A stretch of 64,000 nt of DNA from an uncultured Methanobrevibacter sp. (GCF_947169325.1 NZ_CAMVPN010000001.1:16089-80088), one strand, 5' to 3'; positions 18,480 to 27,670 are shown, counted from the first letter of the stretch. Numbers and translations: made by a program. Notes: generated from the sequence alone by a model not told the origin.

Positions 18480-18832
18480 GCAACAATCAAGTATGCGGGA
18501 AGCGAGTCCTACGTACCGTCAGAGGCCACAGCCAAGGTTACTGTTTCCAAGGCAAAACCTGTAATTACAGCCGCCAAAAAGACCTTCAAGGTAAAGGCTA
18601 AAACCAAAAAGGTAACTGCAACCCCTAAAAACAACAAGGGAAAAATACTCAAAAACACTAAAGTGGCCCTTAAGATAGGCAAAAAGACATTCACCACCAA
18701 ACAAGCAGCAAAGGTGTTGCCACATTTTCAGTAAAGCTTACCAAAAAGGATTCATACACCGGTACAGTTAAATATGCAGGAAGCAGCTACTACAAGGCTG
18801 TAAGCAAAACAGTGTCAATAAAAGTCAAATAG
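18480..18832 (+). pseudogene. remnant of an adhesin-like protein C-terminus (lysine-rich Ig-like module), frameshifted
   Basis: One frame reads ...IKYAGSESYVPSEATAKVTVSKAKPVITAAKKTFKVKAKTKKVTATPKNNKGKILKNTKVALKIGKKTFTTK. After a 1-nt shift near 18700 it continues SSKGVATFSVKLTKKDSYTGTVKYAGSSYYKAVSKTVSIKVK*. No upstream body or start codon is present. Confidence 0.65.
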
Positions 18833-18867
18833 GGGAATTCAAATTCTCCTTGATTTCTTTTTTTTAA
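18832..18867 (+). terminator. hairpin GGGGAATT-ca-AATTCTCC followed by a T-run
   Basis: The stem-loop lies directly after the TAG at 18830..18832 and is followed by ttgatttctttttttt. Confidence 0.4.
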
Positions 18868-18897
18868 AAAAATAGGTTAAAGTAAATGAATCAACAT

Positions 18898-21210
18898 TTA
18901 CTTTTTAATTTTTGAAGTCTTTTTAATGGTGTCCTTTAAATAGGTTGCCTGATAGGTGACTTTCTTTCCTACCTTAAGCTTTTTTAAGACACTTGATTTG
19001 ATGGTTACTTTTGCAACACCTTTTTTATTGGTTTTTGCTGTGTATTTCTTGCCATTGAATTTGAAAGTGACCTTCTTTTTCTTAAGGTATTTTCCATCAA
19101 CTTTAGCCAGGCTTGCAGTCAAGACAAGCTTTTTGGCGGATTTTTTAACGGTAGCGGATTTAAGGCTCACAACATGTTTCACAGTCAGTTTTGAAACGAC
19201 TGTCTTTTCCAGTGACTTCAATGTCAATGTGTATGTTCCAGGAGTCTTTGTCACTTTAAAGCTTACAACACCCTTACTATTGGTTTTTGGTGTTTGCAAT
19301 ACTTTGTTATTAATCAGAATAACCACCTTGGCTCCAACAGCAATCACTCCCTCTTTTTCATAAACGGTAATGATGCACTGTTTGTTTGATGTATATGCCA
19401 GATTAAGGTTTTTGACAATAATCTTTGCAGGAATTATGATGATTGTAACGTTTGACTCCTTTGTAAATCCGTTGTAGTTGTCGTCACCTGAATATACGAA
19501 TGTGAATACAATATCGCCCTTAAACTCGGACAGGTCAATTGAAGCGATACCTTTCACGATTTTGGCAACTCCAACCATGTTTCCGTCAACAAAAACGGCT
19601 AAGGTACCTGTGGCGTCTGATGGGAATCTTAAGCTGACCACTCCGTCATCATCGGTTTGCATCTCTTCGTGGACTATTGTTGAGTAGTCATCAGGAGAGC
19701 TGATTTGAGGTTTGCTGTTCCCGATTAAAACGCAATCGAAGATTATTCCTCCATAGATTGCGCCTCCTCCGGCATTAGCGTTATTGTTTTTAAAAGCAGA
19801 CTCCAAAACTCTTGCATCGGCGCCACTGCCGATGTATATTGCTCCACCGTATTTTCCGGAAGTGCAGCTTTTAAAGCTGCAGTTGTCAATGCTTCCTTCG
19901 GATTTGTCTTCAAAATAGATTGCGCCTCCATTGTATTTGGCACTGCATTTTTCAAAGGTGCAGTTTACAACATGAAGCCCTGTTCCGTTTTCATATTCAT
20001 TTTCCTCTTCAAGGCCTTCAAAGAATTCGAAATCATGTGCATAATTATAGATTGCGCCTCCGTCTTCATTGCTTACGCAATTTATGAAAATGCAACCGAT
20101 GAGATTTATTTTATGGTAATCGTCAATTTCTATAGTGGGTTTGGATTTGCAATCCTTAAAGGTGCAGTTGGTCACATTTCCTCCCCTGCCCCAAAATCTG
20201 ATGGCATTATTGATGCTGCCTTCAAAAGTGCAGTTGGTAATGTTGCCTATGCAGAAGTAATTGCATCGAACCCCACTATACTTGCCGCTGAAATCACAAT
20301 TTGTGAGATTTCCAGGACCTGTAAACTCCATGTCTCCACCATAATTCTCTTTAGTGTTCACGCCACAATCAATAAAGGAACAGTCTGCAATGGTTCCTGA
20401 ACCTTCAATTGCATTGCCGTATATTAGCTCACAGCCATCTCCGCAATGGGAAAAGGAACAGTTCCTGATGAGGGTGGAGTCCATATTGATGGCTCCTCCG
20501 TATACCAGATTGGAGTTATATCCGCAATATGTGAAAGTACAGTTGATTATTCTATCATTTTCTGAGCTTATTGCACCTCCATAAACCAAATCGCAACCGT
20601 AGCAGCAGTTCTTAAAGCTGCAATTCACAACATCAGTATTTTCCACACTTAAAACGCCGCCATAAATTATGTTTTTGGTGTTATACATGCAGTTTGTAAA
20701 GCTGCAGTTTATAATCCTGCCGGAATTCAGGGATACGATGCCGTCATAGAGGCATTCTTCGCCATCGGAGTTGTAATTGGAGCAGTCATTGAAACTGCAA
20801 TTTATTACGCTGCAGCCGCTTTCTTCAAATTTGCATGCTGTAACCGGAGCATTTATGAATTTAATGTTTTTCAATGCCACATTTTCACTTGAAACGTCGA
20901 ATATTCCTGTTTTTGAATTGGCATCAATTGTATGGCCCTTGCCGTCAATGGTCATTGCCTTTGAAATTGCAATGGAGTTGGTTGATTCCGTATTCTTATA
21001 GTCCTTATCCAGCTCCAAAACACCTCCGGGGGCAGTATTTCCAATCAATGTTGATAAATCGGAAAATGAGCCTGAAGAAGCGTTTTGAGTTAAAACTTCA
21101 TCCGATACGTCACTGATAATATCGGTATCATTCAAATCACTGGCTGAAACATTTGCGATAGTGAAAGCGCAGATGATCAGGCATATAATCAAGAATTTCC
21201 TGTTTAACAT
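18898..21210 (-). CDS. adhesin-like protein: signal peptide, Cys-rich beta-helix repeats, Ig-like domains, lysine-rich C-terminal module
   Basis: The signal peptide is MLNRKFLIICLIICAFTIANVSASD. The head module is MTIDGKGHTIDANSKTGIFDVSSENVALKNIKFINA. Repeats include NCSF.NC....YGGAI and GGAIY. The C-terminus is KLTVKHVVSLKSATVKKSAKKLVLTASLAKVDGKYLKKKKVTFKFNGKKYTAKTNKKGVAKVTIK...VTYQATYLKDTIKKTSKIKK. Confidence 0.85.
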   Translation of the reverse strand: MLNRKFLIICLIICAFTIANVSASDLNDTDIISDVSDEVLTQNASSGSFSDLSTLIGNTAPGGVLELDKDYKNTESTNSIAISKAMTIDGKGHTIDANSKTGIFDVSSENVALKNIKFINAPVTACKFEESGCSVINCSFNDCSNYNSDGEECLYDGIVSLNSGRIINCSFTNCMYNTKNIIYGGVLSVENTDVVNCSFKNCCYGCDLVYGGAISSENDRIINCTFTYCGYNSNLVYGGAINMDSTLIRNCSFSHCGDGCELIYGNAIEGSGTIADCSFIDCGVNTKENYGGDMEFTGPGNLTNCDFSGKYSGVRCNYFCIGNITNCTFEGSINNAIRFWGRGGNVTNCTFKDCKSKPTIEIDDYHKINLIGCIFINCVSNEDGGAIYNYAHDFEFFEGLEEENEYENGTGLHVVNCTFEKCSAKYNGGAIYFEDKSEGSIDNCSFKSCTSGKYGGAIYIGSGADARVLESAFKNNNANAGGGAIYGGIIFDCVLIGNSKPQISSPDDYSTIVHEEMQTDDDGVVSLRFPSDATGTLAVFVDGNMVGVAKIVKGIASIDLSEFKGDIVFTFVYSGDDNYNGFTKESNVTIIIIPAKIIVKNLNLAYTSNKQCIITVYEKEGVIAVGAKVVILINNKVLQTPKTNSKGVVSFKVTKTPGTYTLTLKSLEKTVVSKLTVKHVVSLKSATVKKSAKKLVLTASLAKVDGKYLKKKKVTFKFNGKKYTAKTNKKGVAKVTIKSSVLKKLKVGKKVTYQATYLKDTIKKTSKIKK

Positions 21211-21410
21211 GTTTGAACTCCGTAACTTTAGTTATATGTAATTAATTTTGGAAGTTAAATTATTTAAGAGTTTGAATAATTCATGTTGATGTCATGGCAA
21301 GAATATTGCTTTGACTTCACTAAATTGTTCCTTAAAAACCATTTATTAAATGATTTGCCTTTTAATTTAAAAATTAATGTTTATATTATTTTTATTACAA
21401 ATTTAGAGCC

Positions 21411-22244
21411 ATGAAAATTAGAAATGTTATTTTATATTTGATTATTTTTGTATGCAGTCTGTTGAATATGGATTCTGATTTCGAAGAGTATACACATTTG
21501 GAAAATAAGGATGTGGCCGTGATTAAAAAAGAGGATTTGCCTGAGGAATTCACCGACATGGCTTATGAAACTGTGGTTGATTTCATTCAAAAGACTAGAT
21601 GTCTTGATAAAGAATGGGCATTATTTTTTGATTATGTTACTGGTGAAATTCTTAAATGTGTTGTTGGAGAGCATGATAATGTTGATGTAACATGGGAGGA
21701 TGATGAATTTGAAGGTAAACAGATATCTTCTATTCATAATCATCCGAAAGAGGTTTTGTCTCCTCCATCAGGTAAGGATTTTGGAATCTTAAAAAGAGAT
21801 TTTGAGGATTATGAGTTGATTGCAGGATTTGAATATTTTTGGATTTTTAAAGTTAATGGAATACATGAAGGGTTAATTAATGAAATGTGTGGTGCTTCAG
21901 ATGCCGCTTTCATTTCCTCTTTTTTACATTGTATTAGCAGGTACAATGATAATGATGTGTTTAATAGAATGCATGATTTGAGATATGGCGGCGAATTATC
22001 AAAATATATAAATAATAAAAACATAAAGGATATACAATTAACTAGACTGGAGTATGATAATATGACAAACAAGTTAAATACTGCAGAATATGGTTGTCGA
22101 AAGCGAATAACTAATCCTGAAGTTATAAAATTCGCTAAAGAATTTGAAAAATGTCCATACACTCCAAGTGGTAAGGATATCATGTATGCATTCTACCAGA
22201 GTATTGGCATGGACGTTGAATATGATGAAATTTTTGCAGATTAA
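21411..22244 (+). CDS. hypothetical protein with a possible JAB/MPN (RadC-like) metalloprotease motif
   Basis: The segment SSIHNHPKEVLSPPSGKDF fits the HxH-x(8)-S-xx-D JAMM-like pattern (compare RadC HNHPSG..PS..D), with upstream Glu candidates (KEWALFFD). The N-terminal 19 aa are hydrophobic, and an alternative start is the ATG at 21468. The gene is AT-rich. Confidence 0.4.
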   Translation: MKIRNVILYLIIFVCSLLNMDSDFEEYTHLENKDVAVIKKEDLPEEFTDMAYETVVDFIQKTRCLDKEWALFFDYVTGEILKCVVGEHDNVDVTWEDDEFEGKQISSIHNHPKEVLSPPSGKDFGILKRDFEDYELIAGFEYFWIFKVNGIHEGLINEMCGASDAAFISSFLHCISRYNDNDVFNRMHDLRYGGELSKYINNKNIKDIQLTRLEYDNMTNKLNTAEYGCRKRITNPEVIKFAKEFEKCPYTPSGKDIMYAFYQSIGMDVEYDEIFAD

Positions 22245-22280
22245 GGGAGTTTCACTCTCTATTTTACTTTTTTTTTAGAC
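22245..22280 (+). terminator. hairpin GGGAGT-ttc-ACTCTC followed by a T-run
   Basis: It lies directly after the TAA at 22242..22244 and is followed by tattttacttttttttt. A near-identical element lies at ~22797..22838 after the duplicated small ORF. Confidence 0.4.
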
Positions 22281-22555
22281 TGGCATGCTTTCAGCTAAGA
22301 TTAGCATCTGATAACAAGAAGAAATCATATTTTTGAGCTAATTATGGTAGAGAGTATGGATTTTAAAAGCCAAAGGATTTCATAGGAATATAATTGATGA
22401 TGTGAGAAAAGCATCATTGTTTTCTTATATTTTCACATTAACGCAATGTAAACACTTTGAAAAACTCGAAAATGAATGAATGTGAAGATTCATTGTATGA
22501 GGGAATTATCAAATTTTATTAATAATAAAAACATAATGATATACAATTAACAAAA

Positions 22556-22789
22556 ATGGAGTATGTAACAATGTCTATTGATTCTAAATCCTGTACCGCA
22601 GAATTTGAACATTTTGAAAGCATTTCTAATCCGGATGATTTCTCAGCAATTCAAGATTTCATAGATAATCCTGATTTGGATGAAAATAAGCAAAGAATCA
22701 CTAAATTTTTTGCAAAAATGAATGTTGAAATAAATGCTGATGAGCTGGCTAATGAAATGCCGAAATATAAAAATCTCCTTAATTATTAA
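22556..22789 (+). CDS. small hypothetical ORF created by partial duplication of the 3' end of the upstream gene
   Basis: The 5' flank and start (attaataataaaaacataatgatatacaattaacaaaaatggagtatg) parallel 22005..22060 (ataaataataaaaacataaaggatatacaattaactagactggagtatg). The downstream hairpin and T-run are also duplicated. Confidence 0.35.
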   Translation: MEYVTMSIDSKSCTAEFEHFESISNPDDFSAIQDFIDNPDLDENKQRITKFFAKMNVEINADELANEMPKYKNLLNY

Positions 22790-23063
22790 AAAATGAGAGT
22801 TCAACTCTCTCTATTTTACTTTTTTTAGACTGACATGCGTTCAGGTGAGATTGGCATCTGATATATATTGGCATTCGCCTTTTACCTCATCAATGCAAAT
22901 GCTCGCCGTTAATGTCAATGCCGTATGATAATTCTTGAGGCATCAGATGGACATGCCAATTTAATCAACCGACTTTTCAATTTAACTCATGCCTTGATTT
23001 GTCCTCTGCAATGTGAAAATTAATGTAATATGAACTCCAAAACTATTATCACAGGTGCTTTTC

Positions 23064-26000
23064 ATGGACGTTAAAGACAATTCGCAAAAAACCCAAAACT
23101 TCAGCTATCTGGATGATTTAATCCACAGCGCAAAAACTGAAATCAAACTGGATGCAGACATAAAGTTCAGCCCGGAAGATGAGGCTGAATACTCAGAAGG
23201 CATAAAAATAGACGTTGACGGCATCACAATTGATGCAGGCGGACACACAATCGATGCCGGTGCAAGGATATTCGACGTAACCGCAGAAAGCGTCACAATC
23301 AAAAACGTCCACCTCAACACACTTGAAAGCGCAGTATATGTCCATGAAAATGCAGTATTGAAACTTGAAAATGTCTACGGGGCAGGCACAATAAATGACG
23401 GAACCCTTATTCTGATTGAATCCTACGACGACCCGCAGATTATAAACAACGGTCTTTTATACGTCTCGGAGGATGAAATCCACACAGGAATTGCAAACAA
23501 CGGCGAAATCTCACGCATCAGAAAGCTTAAAAATGAGGAGTCAAACTTCACATCTCTCAAGAGGATGATTGACGATACCTACGCCAGTCTGCTTAAGGAG
23601 GACGCCATTAAGGAGGATGCACTCATAAGGTTCAAGGGTGATGTTGTTCTCGACATGGCTGGTGATGAGTGCTTCAGCTTCAGGGAAGGCTTCGTTCTTG
23701 ACCGTGGAAACATCATAATCGACGGTCAGGGATACTCGATTGACGCAAACCATTTCACAAGGCTTTTCACCATCTCGGCTTCAAATGTGACAATCAGAAA
23801 CCTCACACTTAAAAACGCAAGGGCGGATGAAGGCGGAGCCGTCAAAAACACAGGAAAGGTTAACCTGTCATCGCTTACAATTGAAGGCTGCAGCCAGACC
23901 CAAAGTGGAGCCATATTTTTCAATGAAGGAGAAATCACGGCCGAAAGGATATTCATGCTCTCAAACAGGGGCGGGATATACAACAAAAGCGGAAAGGTCA
24001 CTTTGGACTACATAAACTTCACAGACAACTCCGCTGTCAATATCATCATGAATATGGGCGAAACAATAGTCATGAACTCAAGGTTTGTCGGCAAAAACGC
24101 CATTGACAATGACAGTGTGCTTAAATTATGCAACAACAACTTCGACGATGGACACATCCTCAACAGAAAGAATTCCCTTGTAAAGCTCTACAGAAAGACT
24201 TCACAAAAGTCAGAGGAAATCCACGAATCCACAAGCCTTGAAATCACAAACAAGGGAAAGATCAAGGCATACAACTTTGAAGGAAACATCATCCCTGCAA
24301 CATCAATAACCGAAGGAGGCGAAGTGGAGCATTTCACGCAGGACATCGTCAGAAGGGATGAGTTTTTCACCTCAAACTACGAATGGATTGAAATCAAGCT
24401 CATAGTGGGCTCAACCCTCAGGGACATGTTTTCGGAGAGAAACTACTTTTCAAACCATGTGTTTTCAGAACTTCAGGACTGGTGCAAGAAAAGGAGGATA
24501 CTTCTCAGAAACATTGACCTCAAATGCGCATCAAAAAAGAGCATAGACATCATAGATTCCTATATGGATGATGACAAATCATTTTTCCTCTGCTTTATCG
24601 GCCAGAAGCAGGACTGGTATTCGAACCTTGAAAAGCAGAGCGTATCGGCAACCCTGCATCCTATGGTGAGGATTCTTCGAGACGTTTCAAACGTGAAATT
24701 CGAAAAAAGGACATTATTCCTCTTCAGGCAAAACCCATTTGACAGCGTAAATCTCACGCAGGAGCAGAAATCAATATACTTCGGCAAAGCAGAAGACAGG
24801 TCAGAGGAGATTAAACAGTCAGTAACTGATGAGCAGTTCACGGCCTTCGACTATACCTGCCAATGGAACGGCGAGGGAATAGTGGCCGAGCTGGCCTCAA
24901 AGGACGGTGTGAGCGGAAGGCTTGAGAACTTTGAGCATGATGGCAAGCCCCTCAAGGACCTGATTTTAGATGAGCTCAAAAGACAGATTGAAGCCGCATT
25001 TCCAAACCAAAAGCCATTCAGGTCAGAGGACATCTACTTTGAGGATGCGATGATTCACAATCTTGAAATTGAATTCCGCTCAAGGAGCCTCACAGGAAAG
25101 AGACAGAAACTGAGGGAACTTGACTCCAAATTCTTAAATCATAAAAACAAGATCCTTGTGATTCACGGAGGCGAAGGGGTCGGAAAAAGCACACTTCTTG
25201 CAAAATGGCATCAGACACTTAAAAAGGACGGCCACAAATCAATAATCAGATTATGCGAAGCTACCCTTAAAAGCAGCACGTTTCAGGATTTATACCTGAG
25301 CATAGGCTCTGAAGCGGGAATATTCAACGGGGAGGAGGAAAAGATACGCAGTTCCGTCTTTGAATTCGACTATGATTTCTTCAGCAAGCTGAAGGATAAG
25401 GGAGTAGAGGTTCTCATCCTGTCGAATGTGGATAAGATAGGCAAGTTCGCTCCGACAAGGGTTCCGGAAGATTTCTACATTGTGCTTTCATCAGAAGACG
25501 ATTATGACATAGGAGTTGCCCATGACAGATTGGCTTTGGACGATTTGAAGTCAAGCGAAGTTTCATACGAGTTCATAGCGCCATATCTGGGCATCAATCT
25601 GGTCGAGATGAACAGACGTCAGAAAAACACGATTGTGGGAATGCTCAAGTCAAAATCCCCTCTTTTCGCAAGGATTGTGCTCAACGAGATGGGATGCCTC
25701 GAGTCCTATGACGAGATAGTCTCGAAGATTTCAAGCTTCGGCGAGACAGTATCGGACGCATTCAAGCGCCTTATTGAAATACTTAAGGAAGACAACATCT
25801 ACGGCGAGGAGTTCATAGCAAGCGTATTGACCAGACTTGCATTTGCCGGAAACGGACTGAGCGACAGGGAACTGGTTTCAAACCCAAACCAGCAGGAGCT
25901 TCTTAAGATATTCCTCAACAGGATTGAGGATTACATCTACATGAAGGACGACAAGTACTATCTCAGGTATGAGGAGTTCAGAAATACGATAATTTCCGAA

Positions 26001-26657
26001 TACAAAGGCCTTGAGGAAGATACAAGACGTGACCTGGTGGACCTTTACAAGGCGTCAATGCTGATGTCTGAAGGGGAGCTGTATCCTTTGATTGTTGGAA
26101 GTGACGATCTGCTCCATCAGCTGCAGGAGCTTAAGGATTATAATGGCATTCTTGAAGTGTTTAAAAATGACGAGCTTTTAAGCAAGGTCGAGCCGGATGA
26201 GTATGGATTGGAGTACAAGGGAGGAACGTTTTACCCTTATTCCGCCGACAGGCTCAAGCTGAATATAGATGATGCTAATGTCTTAAGGCAGATATCATTG
26301 ATGCTTCTTGAAAAGACTGATGTGAGACTCAGGGATGCTTTAAACAGGTACAGCGAACCAAGGTATGATTTAAGCTATAAGTTCCGCCAATACGACCCTG
26401 AAGAGTTTGCAAGATACAGGGATTCCTTTTACGAAACCACCTCCTATTTCAAGGCGGCTGCAACTTATGCAAAGGAAAGTTTAAAACTCGAAAAGGACAC
26501 TTCCTTAAATGACGAGTTCAAAAAGAAGTTCAATAAAGATTCAAACTATGTAAAATCATTCCTGATGAAGACTGCCGATAGCGGAGCCGACAATCTGGGA
26601 TTGTCCCACAATATCGAAGACCTTGCACTTGACGCATTGAACGCATCAAAATTCTAG
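23064..26657 (+). CDS. STAND-type protein: N-terminal cytoplasmic adhesin-head-like beta-helix modules (x2), degenerate DUF4062-like domain, P-loop NTPase with canonical Walker A, helical C-terminal region
   Basis: There is no signal peptide (MDVKDNSQKTQNF...). Two adhesin-head-like modules are present: GIKIDVDGITIDAGGHTIDAGARIFDVTAESVTIKNVHL and GNIIIDGQGYSIDANHFTRLFTISASNVTIRNLTLKNARADEGGAVKN. The DUF4062-like segment is IKLIVGSTLRDMFSERNYFSNHVFSELQDWCKKRRILLRNIDLK...FFLCFIGQKQDWY (~24381..24640). Walker A is ILVIHGGEGVGKSTLLAKW, with the Lys codon at 25185..25187. The track start is GTG 23055 and the first ATG is at 23064. Confidence 0.75.
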   Translation: MDVKDNSQKTQNFSYLDDLIHSAKTEIKLDADIKFSPEDEAEYSEGIKIDVDGITIDAGGHTIDAGARIFDVTAESVTIKNVHLNTLESAVYVHENAVLKLENVYGAGTINDGTLILIESYDDPQIINNGLLYVSEDEIHTGIANNGEISRIRKLKNEESNFTSLKRMIDDTYASLLKEDAIKEDALIRFKGDVVLDMAGDECFSFREGFVLDRGNIIIDGQGYSIDANHFTRLFTISASNVTIRNLTLKNARADEGGAVKNTGKVNLSSLTIEGCSQTQSGAIFFNEGEITAERIFMLSNRGGIYNKSGKVTLDYINFTDNSAVNIIMNMGETIVMNSRFVGKNAIDNDSVLKLCNNNFDDGHILNRKNSLVKLYRKTSQKSEEIHESTSLEITNKGKIKAYNFEGNIIPATSITEGGEVEHFTQDIVRRDEFFTSNYEWIEIKLIVGSTLRDMFSERNYFSNHVFSELQDWCKKRRILLRNIDLKCASKKSIDIIDSYMDDDKSFFLCFIGQKQDWYSNLEKQSVSATLHPMVRILRDVSNVKFEKRTLFLFRQNPFDSVNLTQEQKSIYFGKAEDRSEEIKQSVTDEQFTAFDYTCQWNGEGIVAELASKDGVSGRLENFEHDGKPLKDLILDELKRQIEAAFPNQKPFRSEDIYFEDAMIHNLEIEFRSRSLTGKRQKLRELDSKFLNHKNKILVIHGGEGVGKSTLLAKWHQTLKKDGHKSIIRLCEATLKSSTFQDLYLSIGSEAGIFNGEEEKIRSSVFEFDYDFFSKLKDKGVEVLILSNVDKIGKFAPTRVPEDFYIVLSSEDDYDIGVAHDRLALDDLKSSEVSYEFIAPYLGINLVEMNRRQKNTIVGMLKSKSPLFARIVLNEMGCLESYDEIVSKISSFGETVSDAFKRLIEILKEDNIYGEEFIASVLTRLAFAGNGLSDRELVSNPNQQELLKIFLNRIEDYIYMKDDKYYLRYEEFRNTIISEYKGLEEDTRRDLVDLYKASMLMSEGELYPLIVGSDDLLHQLQELKDYNGILEVFKNDELLSKVEPDEYGLEYKGGTFYPYSADRLKLNIDDANVLRQISLMLLEKTDVRLRDALNRYSEPRYDLSYKFRQYDPEEFARYRDSFYETTSYFKAAATYAKESLKLEKDTSLNDEFKKKFNKDSNYVKSFLMKTADSGADNLGLSHNIEDLALDALNASKF

Positions 26658-27078
26658 GCGTAATGATGTGTATGTTTTCTGGATGTTTCAATCGACATTA
26701 ACATGGCAGAATTGGTCATGTTGAAGGCATTTCATGTCACTTCTTGAATAGAATTTTTTTCCATTAATCAAGTTTCCGGCCTGCAATTCAACATTTTCAA
26801 GAACATGTTTCATGGTTGATTTAGGAGGTGTCATGATTTTTCATCATATATGTGGGGGCCATGATTTCAGGCCATGTTTAAAAAATTCATTTTGACTTTC
26901 TTTTTCATTTTCAGGGATTCTGCCTTAGTTATAGTATGAAAATTTTTTGCGAGTAAATCGGAATTTTTCACATTTTCCCCCTTTGGAGTGATGTGGAATC
27001 TCCGTTTTCAAGTTGAAAAATAATTTTTCAAAAAAGGTTCAAATGGGCTTCGTTTTTCAAAAATAGGCCGTCAGACGT

Positions 27079-27091
27079 TTACACTTGAAAT
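27079..27091 (+). other. ORB-like 13-mer TTACACTTGAAAT (copy 1)
   Basis: The exact 13-mer recurs at 27671..27683, and in reverse orientation at 44160..44172. It resembles the archaeal mini-ORB TTCCAGTGGAAA and, from memory, the Methanothermobacter 13-bp origin repeat. Confidence 0.4.
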
Positions 27092-27670
27092 TCACCTTTA
27101 AATTTTCATTTTACTGGGGGTCGGTATTGTGAAAAATTTTGAAAATGAACTCAAAAATGAAGAAAATTTTAGTGAATTGCATTCGCAAAAATATTCAGTG
27201 GAGATTATTGGGGTACTAAATGTCGATTAATTTTCAATGGTGCATTTGCCGAGTTGGAAGTGATTTTTGATTTAAAATTCTCAAATGAGATTATAATGCT
27301 TTCAATCAGTTAAAAACACTATTTCGTTCAATATCTAGAATTGAATTATTTTCCATTAATCTCTGTTTTCAAGCTTCAACCTCGAATATCCAAAAATCTC
27401 CGATGTGGGATGTTAATGTCAAATTCCATCTGGAGGATAATTGGTGAATTTGATATTTTCAATTTATCAAATTTTTGATTTTTCAGTCTTTAATTTCAAT
27501 TTCAGGGTGTTAATGTCAGTTACTGTATGGAAAAATTTTGCCAGTAAATCCTGATTTTTCACATGTTTTCCATTTTGGGCAGTGTTAATGTGGATTTTTG
27601 AAAATTAGGAATTCGTATTGGAAATGTCATTCAAAATCGTTTAATTTAAAAAAATAGGACTCTTCGGCCT

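Noticed and set aside
23327-23340. ACACTTGAAA core of the ORB-like motif inside the second STAND coding region
   Set aside because: Only a 10-mer matches, it lies within a well-supported ORF and lacks the conserved flanks. It is most likely chance.
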